Below the pieces are notes generated by a model that was not told the DNA's origin, searched no databases, and was given only the letters and a program-made list of their open reading frames with translations. Positions 46,925 to 58,465 of a stretch of 64,000 nt of DNA are shown here, one piece after another. Location: contig OZ361261.1 of assembly GCA_977018835.1 (NCBI GenBank), positions 1,054,001-1,118,000 of the forward strand, given 5' to 3'. The DNA is from Minutocellus sp. GHC0000111 (Eukaryota). Each line of letters begins with the position of its first letter. Position 1 is the stretch's first letter. The position numbers were made by a program, and so were the translations under genes.

Positions 46925-48422
46925 GAGTGATTCCCGAGACCGCCGACAAAATCGCCGTAAATAGTAAGGCACTAGGAAATTTTTTTGTGCGATACTTTAT
47001 GCAGCGCAAAAATGAACCCACTAAATGGCCTCTCTCAACACGGCGAAAGCAAGGAGAATTCATCTCCACAAGAAGGCCACCAAATGATGGTATAACGATA
47101 AATAACTCCAAGCCAACCGATGTATACGCCAACTACATGCGTTAGGTGAGTATTGCATACTTGAAAGCAAACTCATTCGTACATCATGTGCTATTTTAGC
47201 AACATCTCCTCATGCCCAGAAATTTTCAATATTTTTTTACCCTCAAAATGGCAAAGAATGATGGCTGATGCTTGTCTACATCCATTTCAATCCTCCCTGA
47301 CCGGCATTACTTTCACTTGGGTAATATTGGGAGCAAGTTTGCGCCAGAGGGTCGATATTGGGCCCCATCTTTGTATCATTGTGGCCGTCACCATGGAAAG
47401 CAAAAACATCTGAAAGTAGCAAATCCCCAACTACAACCCCCTTCAAGCCTCAACCACTGTTCCTTCACGCAATATCAGCACGCACGATGCTCATTCTATA
47501 TTACATCCATCGATCTCACGTGTTGGTTTGGCCGCTTTCTCCGGTTTCGTTCCTCTCGGGCGGCAGAAGCAATGAAGGTGAAATCTGGTGCCGACATCAG
47601 ACACGGGACTTTGGGAATAGTTTTCTCTATGAATTGTCAAGAAATGCCACCACCCCCCACTCAAATGCGCTTGGTATACATATGGGTGAAGCGTCGACGG
47701 CTCAGTGCAACGGAAGTGGTGCATGGACCGCATAAAAGCATCCGGACCAACTTTCGGATGGGTGGTGTAATGGGGGTGGTAATGGCGCTGGGCCACATTT
47801 CGCGGTACAGGCACGCACCGACGCACCGCTATCGCCCAAAAATCCCTTCCAGTAATATTCAGGAAGGCATCTAGGTGGTCAGAGTGTATGCGATGGCCGG
47901 GGTGGTGCTGTACATCGGGCGAACATGGTCGTGATGGAACGTCGGAAACTGTCGAAAAAATCGGGTCTAACGCGAACGAATTTTTCAAGGCTCAAAAAAG
48001 TAATTGCAAGTCTCCTGCTGCACCACAGTGTTGTGAAAGGCTATTACAAGGGTATGGTGCCCCGTAGTCTTGATTGTTCTCAATGGGAGGCACGTCGGCG
48101 ACACATGTTGTGGCCCCATTCGTTGAACGAAATGGGTTTTGTTTCGTTATAAAGTTTGATGTATTTTTTCTTTCTTGAAACAGCACAAGTGTATTCTACG
48201 ACATAAAAATAAATTTTCAAACAATAGTGTACCAAAAGAAACACTCTAATACCGTATCTATATCATGTGCTAAAAGAGCACCAAGATCATTGTACCAACT
48301 TCCTTTTATTGTTGATTATGGTCTACAATACCCTTCTGAGTAAGGATCATCAATAAAAGGAAGTTGGTACAATGTTTACGAAACATCGCGGAGGGGGTGT
48401 CTGCTCCCTCGTGAAATCACTC
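46925..48422. mobile_element. Putative non-autonomous TIR DNA transposon (1498 bp) with TA target duplication
   Basis: Left end GAGTGATTCCCGAGACCGCCGACA; reverse complement of right end GAGTGATTTCACGAGGGAGCAGACA (19/25 aligned identities, terminal 8 perfect); TA on both outer sides; no credible ORF inside. Confidence 0.55.
48288..48374. repeat. Perfect 24-bp inverted repeat (hairpin, 39-nt spacer)
   Basis: CATTGTACCAACTTCCTTTTATTG at 48288-48311 and its exact reverse complement at 48351-48374. Confidence 0.95.
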
Positions 48423-48789
48423 TATATGATCGACCGTTTCGTCTCGTTCGTCTCTCTCGCCTCGCTCGGTACCGGGCTAATGGCCTGGATCTGGCCAGAC
48501 CTAGTGGTCTACATGTAACTAGATTTCGTTTAGGATATTGTGCTCCTATTAGGAATTCCTACATGAAATTTATGTAAACTGCGGTATCATTTCGCGACGA
48601 CATTTCCTACCGCCGCACGGCAACGGCGGATGGCGCAACAGATTCTGTTCCTTGATGGTGTTGCTTGTTTTGTTTTTTTCATTTTTCTTCCGTTCCGATA
48701 AATGGTGATCTGCATGGAATCTTATGTATCCTTTTTGCGCTCGATCGAAGGTTTTCTTTCCAACACATGCTGCAATGCAATTATGAATT

Positions 48790-50931
48790 TTAGACGGACC
48801 CAGTTTTGTTGCCGGTGGGGGCAGCAGCAGGATCAGCAGCCGCCGGAGCAGCAGAATCATTCGCAGCTGCAGCAGGGGGGCTTGCTCCAGGCGCAGGATT
48901 TGCCAGCGCCGACTGGTTGAGGAGGGCACGGCTCTCCTGGGTACGCATGATGGCCTGCTGGTGACGAAGGTAGGCAATCTGAGCAGGATCTCCCGCAGCT
49001 GCGCCAGCAGCGGCGGCTTCAGCACTTGGGGGGGGTGCCGGGGCTCCTGGCGCAGCGGCAAGAGCAGCAGCTAGAGCTGCGTCTGCTGGCGCGGCCATTC
49101 CAGTCGAAGCTGGAGCCTCTCCAGCCTGAGAAGGAAGGGATGGCATGGGAGCACCGGCCGCAGGGAGGGGTGGCATACCAGTAGCAGAGGCTCCAGGTCC
49201 AGCAAGATGAGCCATACTACCAGGAACAGCGCCCGGAGCAAGATGGGCCATATGAGCATGGTGGGGGGGAAGGGCGCCTCCAGCTCGAAGAGCCCTGCGG
49301 GAGCGCAAGCGAACGAGCTCGGCCTCGGCTTCGGCAAGGTCGGCGGCTGCTGCGGCAAGCTGAGGGGTGCCATTGGCCCGGCCAACGAGGGAGGCCTCCT
49401 GGATCAGTGGGTCGGCACCAGCTCCGAGGAAGTGACGGTGTTGGAGAAGAGCATCGCCGTGAAGAGCATGAGGCGACGTGCCGAGATGTCCCATACTGGC
49501 AGCATGCGAAGGAAGAGGCGGGGGCAGCCCAGGAGCTCCAGTTACGGCAGAGGAACCGGGAGGGTTGGCACCGGGAGCTCCAGCGGCAGCAGAACCTTGA
49601 CGAAGTCCCATCCGAGAGGCCTCGTGGGCAGCGTAGGCCTCGAGAAAGCCCGGAGCCGACTGCATGGGATCGCCTCCCGCGCCACCTGCTGCTGCTGCCG
49701 TGCCCATGGGCGGGTAGGCCCCGGCCATACCGCCAGCGGCAGCTTGGGCAGCAGCGGCGGCATGGTGCCGAGCCATCTGCCGATGGCGGAGGGCGAGAAA
49801 GTCGGCGTCGCTCATGCCCGACATGGAATCGAGGTTGACACCAAGGCCCAGTCCCATGGTGGCGTTGGCGTGCGCCCGATCGGCGGCTGCCGCGGCGGCG
49901 GCGGCCGTGGCAGCTCCCGGAGGGGGGTTCATCCCAGAACCTGCGACGCCACGGAGATGCTTCGGTCCCAGCCCGCGGGGATTGGCCACGGCACGGCGGT
50001 TGCTCATGTGGGCCATGAGGTCGGGCCTGTCGCGGATGAAGTTTTCGTGGTAGAAGGCCCCCGTTCGGCGGCCGCGGGAGTCCCGGCGGAAGCCCCAACG
50101 GTTCAGCTTCCGAACGAACGATTCGTACTGGCCTGACTTGAAGTATCTGGGTAAAATTTGCGATGCCAGGTCGAACGACTTGAGGACGGCGAAGGCCTCC
50201 CCGCCGGGGAGCCATTCGATCATCTCCTTGGCCTCGGGAAGATCGAGAATTTCACGGAGCTGTATGCATGGAAATGCATGTAATACAGACAGACAGATGG
50301 GTATCAATTCATGAATTGAATTTGATGGTTTCCGATTTTCGGGAAAGTGCATGACATGCGCCGAACAAGTAATTCCAACGTTGTAAAATCACGAATAATC
50401 ATGACGGAAATGCACCAGATACAGCAGAGAATATGTTTGAGTTAGAGAAGTGTTGACGAGCATGTTTTCAAGCATTTGTTCAACAAGTCAACAAGTGACT
50501 TTCTTTGATGCCTGAAGATCGAAGTCGAAAAGTTCCGCTGTCGGATAAATCACTTTTGTGCTATGAACCGAACTTACCAAGTCGGGAAATCGTTTGTTGG
50601 ATTGACGGTCGTTCTTGGACTTGCCTTGGGGAGACCGATCGCCGGATGTGTCGATTCCGGCCGCCTGCTGAGGTGCCGGTGCGGCGGCCGGTGCGGCGGC
50701 GGGGTTGGCAACCTGAACCTCCTGTCCCGGGAGGGGAGGCGGACCTTCGAGACTGGCGAGGGCCGAAGCGGCCGAGAGAAGGTTGAGGGCGGCGTCGCCG
50801 CTCTTCTCCGCGTCGCCGCCGGCCGGGGGCGGAGGGGGGTCCTCCGGGACCTCGATCTTGCCCGTCTTGCGGTTGTACTGGGACACCTTGGCCCCCGAGG
50901 GTTGCTTCTTGAGGAGGTACGGGTGGGGCAT
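48790..50931 (-). CDS. Heat shock factor (HSF-type DNA-binding) transcription factor; intron 50260-50577
   Basis: RFPDL|LREIL...IEWLPGGEAFAV...ILPRYFKSGQYESFVRKLNRWGFRR...FYHENFIRDRPDL; Ala/Gly/Pro-rich tail. Confidence 0.93.
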
Positions 50932-51232
50932 GGTTCTCTTTGTTTTTGTGCGGTGTTTTTGAGGGCGAGCTTTTCTTGCGCGTCGCCACTGCGTTCAGCG
51001 CAGTGAAGCGAGCAACGGCGTGTCTCTCTCGTCCAGTTTTGGGGTCCTGCCGTGTCTAAATGTAATTTATGGGTGATCCCCCGACTATCCCCGATATTAC
51101 TTTTAAGATTGGTTACAGTATTTCATGATAATCAGAAGGGGTTTATCCAAAAATAAGGCTATCCTCCAATATTATAAAGAAGCTATTTTATTCGCAATGT
51201 CGTCAGTTATCCTACCACTGCGTCATTGACTG

Positions 51233-52156
51233 ATGACAACCGGCTCCACCATGCTACTCGTGGCGGCGTTACTGCCGTCGCCCGAAAGCCACAGTATTGC
51301 TTCGGCTTTCTCTCCGAAAACATGTAGCAACCGCCAAATGCCGGCATGTCGATGTCCCAACAAACATGTACGAGCGTCATCCATATCCACCATGGCCGCC
51401 AAACGGTCCAACAACAAAAACAGACGAAAGACATCCGGCGGCGGTGGTGGTGGTGGTCGGAAGAATCGCCAGAACATGTCCAACTTGCAGGCCGAAACGG
51501 ACTTGATGATCAACAGAGGGTATAAATTTGTCATCGGCAGCGATGAGGCTGGACGGGGGGCGTTGGCTGGACCCGTCGTTGCGGCAAGCTGCTGCATCCT
51601 CACCGACGACATACAGTCCTTCGAACCCATTGCGGGGGTGGACGATAGTAAGGCACTCACGGTGGAAGACAGGAGACGGATATACGACCACGTGATGAGT
51701 CAACCAGATACATATGCTATAAATGTTGCCGAGGTGTCCAATGAGGCCGTCGACGAAATGAACATATTGGTCGCTACAATGGATTGCTTCCGGCAATCCA
51801 TCGAGGGATTGGTCAATGAGCGTGGATTCGACCCAACGGAGTCGTATGGGATTGTCGATGGGAAAAAAAGTCCCAAACTCGTCAACTGTCCTGGTTTGTC
51901 TTGCAGACCATGGGTCAAGGCGGATACGGAGGTTTATTCGGTCGCAATTGCAAGCATCGTGGCCAAGACCGTGCGAGATGATTTGATGATTGCCATGCAC
52001 GAAACATATCCGCAGTATGACTTTGCCTCCAACAAGGGATACAACAGTGCCGATCATTTGATTGCCATTCACAATTACGGCGCCTGTCCTATCCATCGCA
52101 TGTCGTTTGCAGCGCTGAAGGACCGAGAGGTCAAGGTACTTGGTGGGAGTGAATGA
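51233..52156 (+). CDS. rnhB: Ribonuclease HII (bacterial-type), probably organelle-targeted
   Basis: IGSDEAGRGALAGPVVAA, VDDSKAL, IVDG, SVAIASIVAKTVRD, YDFASNKGY, GACPIHRMSF; N-terminal IASAFSP. Confidence 0.92.
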   Translation: MTTGSTMLLVAALLPSPESHSIASAFSPKTCSNRQMPACRCPNKHVRASSISTMAAKRSNNKNRRKTSGGGGGGGRKNRQNMSNLQAETDLMINRGYKFVIGSDEAGRGALAGPVVAASCCILTDDIQSFEPIAGVDDSKALTVEDRRRIYDHVMSQPDTYAINVAEVSNEAVDEMNILVATMDCFRQSIEGLVNERGFDPTESYGIVDGKKSPKLVNCPGLSCRPWVKADTEVYSVAIASIVAKTVRDDLMIAMHETYPQYDFASNKGYNSADHLIAIHNYGACPIHRMSFAALKDREVKVLGGSE

Positions 52157-52658
52157 TGACGACGACGATGATGATGATGATGATGAGAAATTTGTCGTGA
52201 AACAACGTGAAACCCTACATGTATTTGGTTCCTCTGAATGTGTGTGAATGATCTGGGGTATTTTAGAAAGTAATATAAGTCCTCTGCATTAGTGCTACTG
52301 GATCTGCTTCATGTAGCTATACCGGTACATGTATTAGATTTGCAAGGGTGTTCGTTTCTCCAACTTCCGCTCTTAAAACATTTTTGAAGTTTGTTGAAGG
52401 AATCACCCGAAATTCACGTAGGGTAACTTTTCCTCCACCTCCGCCAGCATTTTCCAAGATTCATGCTTCGTGCTCTGTTTTATCGGCGACCCTGGCCCGC
52501 GCCCTTGCCTGCTTCTCAAAGGTCAGTGTTACGTCGCCCCGAGCTAGTCGATAGATAATTGCGACAACTGTTACTGCCAATACTGCCCATCCCTCGGCGG
52601 TCCCGTGTTATTCTCACCCACCATTCAAACGCAGCACAAGTGAGCGGTGCGATCTTTC

Positions 52659-54989
52659 ATGTCCTCCAACGCCAACTCCGGCAAGCGGAAGCAGCTGCGC
52701 TTCCTGCAGCAATCGAGCACCGGTTCATCGGCCATTACTGACGAGGGGCGGCTGCGTGCGTCATCCATTGATGGGATACATAGTATTGAGCCGGTTGTGG
52801 ATGATCGTGCCCAAAAATCATCGAAGAAAAAGAAGAAGAAACAATCTGGAAATGCCGGAAGAAACGGTCGGCGTCCGCCTGCATCGACAGTTGGCAGTGG
52901 AAGCGGTAGCAATGCCACGATATTCGAAGAGGCCGAGGACTGCCTGGCGCAAAGTCTTCTCATCTTTCTGTATGCCGATCTACGCTTGTTGAGTTCCACT
53001 GGACGGATCAGTACCAAGTTCGAGACTTTGTGTATAGCCTCCGATCAGGCCGAACGGACCACGGCAGAGCATATGGCAGGCATATCTGGCGATTATGCCA
53101 GTCTGGTCGATAACGAAAACACAAGTGAGGGCATCAGTCCGGCTCAAATTATGGCCGTCCTAATGATTGAGCTACGGAAGGAAGTGCTGGCTTGGAGAAA
53201 GACCCGGCGCTTTGAGGAGGAAACCTCCATCATGAGCACCATTTATGACAAGAGTGATCGGAAGAAGGTAGAAGACGACATGCATGCAGGTCTCCGATGT
53301 TACAATCTCATGGTCGGTGAAGATCTTCGATATGATATACCAGAATTTACAGCTAGTCAGCCAGGTACTTTCCGCCGGCCGAGGGAGCTCGTGGACCTCA
53401 TTCGGCAACACATGGAGGAGCGACAAGAACGGCAGGAGCGGCAGTCCCAGCTCAAACGGGGAGGATCGGCATCAGCGGTAGAATTACCCTCCGTTCAGGG
53501 CGCAGGTGCTGACAGTGCGTCGGATACTGAAGTGGATGTGGGTGACAATGCACCCGGCAAAATGTCAGCTGCAACAGCTCCCGCTTCGGATGGAGGGGGT
53601 GAAGCTGCCAGGAGAGACTCGGCGGCATCATCGGAGGTCAATGACACCGCCGCCGCAGTAACCGAGGCAACGGCAGAGCTGAACAAGTCGCGGTCATTGA
53701 AACGCACCTTGAGCAGCCAGAAGATACAAACACTACAGGAAGAGTTTCAGCAGCGGCGAGAGCGTGTGATGGAGGGCGTTCAAAGGCAGACGGAGGTCCT
53801 ACGTCAGGGTGAGGATGCCGTAGCTCGACACCAATTTGAGGACGTAGGCGATGCCTTCGTTCGGATGGCGCAGGAGGGAGGCATCGACACGACGGGAGAT
53901 CTAGGCACCTATCGGCGGAAGCTGTCCGAGGAAGAGCTTTTGGATTACATGGAAAAGGCGGTGGAATCTCGGGATGCAAGTAATTTGGACTTTATGAGTT
54001 CATTCTTCAAAGACGGCTCCGTATCGCAGGTGATGGTCAAGAGTCCAGCCCGTGTGGTTTGGTTGAATGATTGGTATCCATTGAAGGACTGCACGTACGG
54101 CATCTCTGTCGACAGAGAGCGCAAGCGTGTGCTGTTGGTATTTCGTGGCGCCATTACCAGAGCGGATTGGGGGCATGCAGGTAAAATGGATCTCAAGAGA
54201 GTTGCGAATCCTATCCAGGGCGATGGGTTGTCCAAGCACATCAAAGTGCACAATGGCTTCTACCGGTTTCTTTTCCGAAAGCGAAAGGACACTGGCACCC
54301 GTAAGTATGATGAAATTGCCAATATTTTGCATCATTATGGGTCCAAGTTTGGTGATGACTACAGCCTCGTCGTAACAGGATATTCTTTGGGTGGAGCTCT
54401 CAGCACCATTTTTAGCCTTTATGCCTCCACTGACGAGAAATTTACAAACATTGGGCCAATCCAGCTCTATACCTTTGGTTGCCCCTACGTCGGTGGATTG
54501 GCCTTCTACGAAAGCTTCCGGCATCAAGAAAGAAAGGGCAAGCTGCAATTGGTTCGCTTCTTCAACAAACGAGATGGCATTGCGCACCTGCCAGTTTCTT
54601 GGACAGGCGAGTACCAACATGTGGGGATCGGCGTGCGTCTACCGAAGGTCCGATCCCGCCTGATGCGGTATCTGGTCCCGGAGCCCATCCCTGAAATACG
54701 CCACCCGAAAGACAAAAATCGACTTGGCTTCTACCTGCGCTCTCTCAAAGAGAACTATTTCTTCAACATGCCTCTTCCGTGGAAGATTCGCGAAACTCAC
54801 GGGTTGAATGAATTACAAAAGCGCATGCTTCGTGCTCGAGTTCTTTCAGAAAATGGCCAGCGATATCCGTTGCACAATATGAGTCTGAGCGACCTTTATG
54901 ATGCCTTGGTTTTCAACAATGAAGATGACAAAAATGGCAGGAACAGTGCCTCCAATAGATCTGATGCGGACAAGAAGGCAGAAGTATAG
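52659..54989 (+). CDS. Class 3 lipase-domain protein with long N-terminal region
   Basis: VLLVFRGA, KVHNGFY, VVTGYSLGGALS nucleophile elbow, YTFGCPYVG, DGIAHLP, YQHVG. Confidence 0.88.
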   Translation: MSSNANSGKRKQLRFLQQSSTGSSAITDEGRLRASSIDGIHSIEPVVDDRAQKSSKKKKKKQSGNAGRNGRRPPASTVGSGSGSNATIFEEAEDCLAQSLLIFLYADLRLLSSTGRISTKFETLCIASDQAERTTAEHMAGISGDYASLVDNENTSEGISPAQIMAVLMIELRKEVLAWRKTRRFEEETSIMSTIYDKSDRKKVEDDMHAGLRCYNLMVGEDLRYDIPEFTASQPGTFRRPRELVDLIRQHMEERQERQERQSQLKRGGSASAVELPSVQGAGADSASDTEVDVGDNAPGKMSAATAPASDGGGEAARRDSAASSEVNDTAAAVTEATAELNKSRSLKRTLSSQKIQTLQEEFQQRRERVMEGVQRQTEVLRQGEDAVARHQFEDVGDAFVRMAQEGGIDTTGDLGTYRRKLSEEELLDYMEKAVESRDASNLDFMSSFFKDGSVSQVMVKSPARVVWLNDWYPLKDCTYGISVDRERKRVLLVFRGAITRADWGHAGKMDLKRVANPIQGDGLSKHIKVHNGFYRFLFRKRKDTGTRKYDEIANILHHYGSKFGDDYSLVVTGYSLGGALSTIFSLYASTDEKFTNIGPIQLYTFGCPYVGGLAFYESFRHQERKGKLQLVRFFNKRDGIAHLPVSWTGEYQHVGIGVRLPKVRSRLMRYLVPEPIPEIRHPKDKNRLGFYLRSLKENYFFNMPLPWKIRETHGLNELQKRMLRARVLSENGQRYPLHNMSLSDLYDALVFNNEDDKNGRNSASNRSDADKKAEV

Positions 54990-55238
54990 CTTAAAGTATT
55001 GACCTCCTATATTCTTATCGATCTAATTATGGTTTTAGTTTGCTTTTGGGGCCTTTGCCAGCAGGAGGGGCGCCAAACAAAGTTTTGGGGTCAAGCGTCA
55101 GGAAGTTTGTCAACGGATCCCTTCGATCTTGATGATCTGGACATTCTGAACACTCGTTTCCCTCTTTATCGGCTTTGGTACTTGAGGCGCAAACTTCTGC
55201 CTCGCTCTCACCAAAATCTCGATCGACAAGGCATCGGG

Positions 55239-56144
55239 CTATCCTATCACCATATACATCTCCCTCGCTTCGTCAAAAAACTCGGTCAGTTCCTGATCAA
55301 CGTCGCACTCGTCATCTGCCGTGGTACATCGTGAGTTGCGCAACAAAAGATGCGGCTCTCCTCCAGCAGTTCGGGCGATCATCATATCCGAGTCCAGGTA
55401 GGATATGTCTAATGTTCGTGTCTTCGCCCAGCTTTGGGGAGTAGGCAGAGGCACGCCCATAAGAGTCAAAGATTGGAAAGTTTCGAGCATGACATTGCCC
55501 GATTCGTCAGTGGGATCGGGCTCTAAAGCAGTATGAACATTCAATTCCATGGGTATGCCAAATGCCTTCCAGCTCACAGTCGCCCGAACGTGCGATTTTT
55601 CATCCATCACCTCCAGAAAGACGTCGTGAAAGTCAACGACGGGGAACCCGACACTTATCCGCGACAGCAACGTGATGAGCCGCATGCCTATTGTCGGCAC
55701 ACCGGTGAAAACAAAAGACCACCTCGCATTCAGTTCTGGGTGAGACGCTGTGCGCTCCCATGGCCTCATGGTCTCCAATTCCTTCATCAAATCTTCAGCA
55801 TAATTTGGCTTGCCTTGGGCATCAAAATTGGTGATGGCGGCCTTGGCCAGCTCCTTCTTGATTTCGTTTCTTCGAGTGGTGGTGGGTGTTAGGGCACTAT
55901 CTTCAAAATTCACAAGCTCAGTTGAACGTTCCAATTGATCCCACCGACTTTCGTTTTTGTACATCAGAACGGATTTGTGTTGTGCCCGGTGATGCCGCCG
56001 GCAAAAGATCTTTTCGACATCAGCACTCGAGAAGCAGCTCCCAGACAATATCTTTGTTGGAAATGGCACGAACGCAGATGCACTCAACAGAGACAATGGG
56101 CATCCAATTGTGCCCATCAGAAGGAGGGGTAGATATCTTTTCAT
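55239..56144 (-). CDS. PAP/fibrillin-like plastid lipid-associated protein
   Basis: ASAFVP signal; LNARWSFVFTG and LDISYLDSDMMIARTAGGEPHLL match fibrillin-type motifs. Confidence 0.75.
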   Translation of the reverse strand: MKRYLPLLLMGTIGCPLSLLSASAFVPFPTKILSGSCFSSADVEKIFCRRHHRAQHKSVLMYKNESRWDQLERSTELVNFEDSALTPTTTRRNEIKKELAKAAITNFDAQGKPNYAEDLMKELETMRPWERTASHPELNARWSFVFTGVPTIGMRLITLLSRISVGFPVVDFHDVFLEVMDEKSHVRATVSWKAFGIPMELNVHTALEPDPTDESGNVMLETFQSLTLMGVPLPTPQSWAKTRTLDISYLDSDMMIARTAGGEPHLLLRNSRCTTADDECDVDQELTEFFDEAREMYMVIG

Positions 56145-56367
56145 GGTTACGTTCATATCAACTGAGTACAATGCAAGTAATTACGAGCTCGTATGCTTGC
56201 TTCAGGTCCCATCACGCAGCGGCAAGGATTTTGACTTATTCGACTCAGAAAATGACCGAGAGGGATGACTGCAAAACCATCTCGTGGAGAACATCCTGAG
56301 AACCACAGGGAGATCCGTTGCATTGCAACCCATGACTCTGTACACTTACCACATTATATGAACTACA

Positions 56368-57782
56368 GCCCAGGTTGGCGTCCGCGCTCCCGTCGCTCCC
56401 TCCAACTTCGAGCTCGAGGCCAAGAAGTCCATCGAGGACCTCTCCGACGATGAGCTCAAGGGCAAGAAGGTCCTTGTCCGTTGCGACGTCAACGTCCCCC
56501 TTGACGGCAAGAAGATCACCGATGACACCCGCATCCGTGCCTCCATCCCCACCATCGAGTACCTCAAGTCCAAGGGCGCCATCGTCACCGTCTGCTCCCA
56601 CTTGGGCCGCCCCGATGGCCCCGAGGACAAGTTCTCCCTCGGCCCCGCCGCCGAGCGCATGGGAGAGCTCCTCGGCGAGGACGTCAAGCTCGCCCCCGAC
56701 TGCATCGGTGACGAGGTCAAGGCCATGGTCGACGGCGCCAAGGAGGGAGATGTCCTCATGCTCGAGAACACCCGCTTCTACAAGGAGGAGACCAAGAACG
56801 AGGAGTCCTTCGTCGAGAAGCTTGCCGCTCCCTTCGACCTCTTCGTCAACGATGCCTTCGGTACCGCCCACCGTGCCCACGCCTCCACCGAGGGTGTGAC
56901 CAAGTTCCTCTCCCCCGCCGTCTCCGGCTACCTCCTCGCCAAGGAGCTCGAGTACCTCGATGGTGCCATCACCAGCGGGGAGAAGCCCATGGCCGCCATC
57001 GTCGGTGGATCCAAGGTCTCCTCCAAGATCACCGTCCTTGAGGCCCTCCTCGAGAAGTGCGACAAGATCATCATCGGCGGAGGCATTGTTTTCACCTTCC
57101 TGCCAAGGAGCTCGAGTACCTCGATGGTGCCATCACCAGCGGGGAGAAGCCCATGGCCGCCATCGTCGGTGGATCCAAGGTCTCCTCCAAGATCACCGTC
57201 CTTGAGGCCCTCCTCGAGAAGTGCGACAAGATCATCATCGGCGGAGGCATTGTTTTCACCTTCCTCAAGAAAAAGGGCCTCAACGTTGGTACCTCCCTTG
57301 TTGAGGACGACTTCGTTGACACCGCCAAGGCTGTCATGGAGAAGGCCGAGAAGCTTGGCAAGACCATCCTCCTCCCCTCCGACATCATTATCGCTGACGA
57401 GTTCTCCGCCGATGCCAACACCCAGACCGTCTCCGCCGATGCCATCCCCGATGGCTGGATGGGCCTTGACAACGGTCCCAATACCACCGAGGAGCAGAAG
57501 GAGTTCCTCTCCGACTGCAAGACCGTCATCATGAACGGACCCATGGGCGTCTTCGAGATCGAGAAGTTCGCCAAGGGAACCTTCGGCATCGTTGACATCC
57601 TTGCCGACCTCACCAAGGAGAAGGGTGCCGTCACCATCATCGGTGGTGGTGACTCCGTCGCCGCCTGCGAGCAGTCCGGCCGTGCCGGTGATATGTCCCA
57701 CATCTCCACCGGTGGCGGAGCCTCCCTCGAGCTCATGGAGGGCAAGGTCCTCCCCGGTGTTGCTGCCCTCGCTGACAAGTAA
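56368..57782 (+). CDS. PGK: Phosphoglycerate kinase, plastid-type; start/signal peptide not found; 164-bp internal duplication shifts the frame
   Basis: [77 protein letters not shown]; in-frame TGA at 56359 upstream. Confidence 0.93.
56938..57265 (+). repeat. Perfect 164-bp tandem duplication within PGK
   Basis: GCCAAGGAGCTCGAG...TTCACCTTCCT at 56938-57101 repeated at 57102-57265. Confidence 0.95.
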
Positions 57783-58465
57783 ATTTCTTCCCCGCCGATG
57801 ATATTTACCTGTTCCGAATAACGCTACAACTACCAATATTTTTATTTTACTTGAGAAGTTCTTCCTCGAAGGTGCTTTGTTTTTTGGTCGATTGGGTTGG
57901 GTTGTCTGATCGTTCGAAAGCTCTGCGATGAAACCTCTGAAGGAAGCCTTTGACCTTTTGTTCAGTTACTGAGTTGCTGTCCAATATTATTTGCTTAGAT
58001 TTATATAAACTTAAATCACACCCACACTACTCAAACAACAACTCATGATGGAAGAAACTACGTGGAAAAATGTACTTACAGCATAGACATAACTTTGTTG
58101 GCAGTGTACTAGTATGCTTCCAAAGCATCGTAAAAAAGTCGCCGACAGAGTTTTGAAGGAGGTGCATTGAGAGGAAAGAGATGCAAATAGCTTCATGGTA
58201 CGAGAAATTCTTCGGCGCTTCGATATCCAGGCAGTCAATTGCAGAAGTACTAGTAGATGTAGTTGGGGGTCTACGGGTAGGAAATAAAATCTTCAAACAA
58301 ATATTACACTTATACATTACTAACGCGCATTATATGACATGATATTGCCTTTTCTTTGTTTGCTTTGCATCTGTTTTTTCGTACTAGTCTAGTATGACTT
58401 CAATAAATATGCTGTAGTCCGACCTTATCCTCTCTCTTATGAAATGAATGAGGTGAGGTGACTGA

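Noticed and set aside
47272..47988. 200-aa and 165-aa ORFs within the TIR element as a transposase
   Set aside because: No DDE/D, HTH or other recognisable motif; composition looks non-coding
4988..52156. PRI1, ATR and RNase HII as a DNA replication/repair cluster
   Set aside because: Widely separated by unrelated genes, and RNase HII appears organellar; chance is sufficient
52153..52186. GAT/GAC trinucleotide run
   Set aside because: Ordinary short microsatellite in a 3' UTR
54378..54395. Lipase elbow GYSLG instead of GHSLG as loss of activity
   Set aside because: Still fits GxSxG with the catalytic Ser retained
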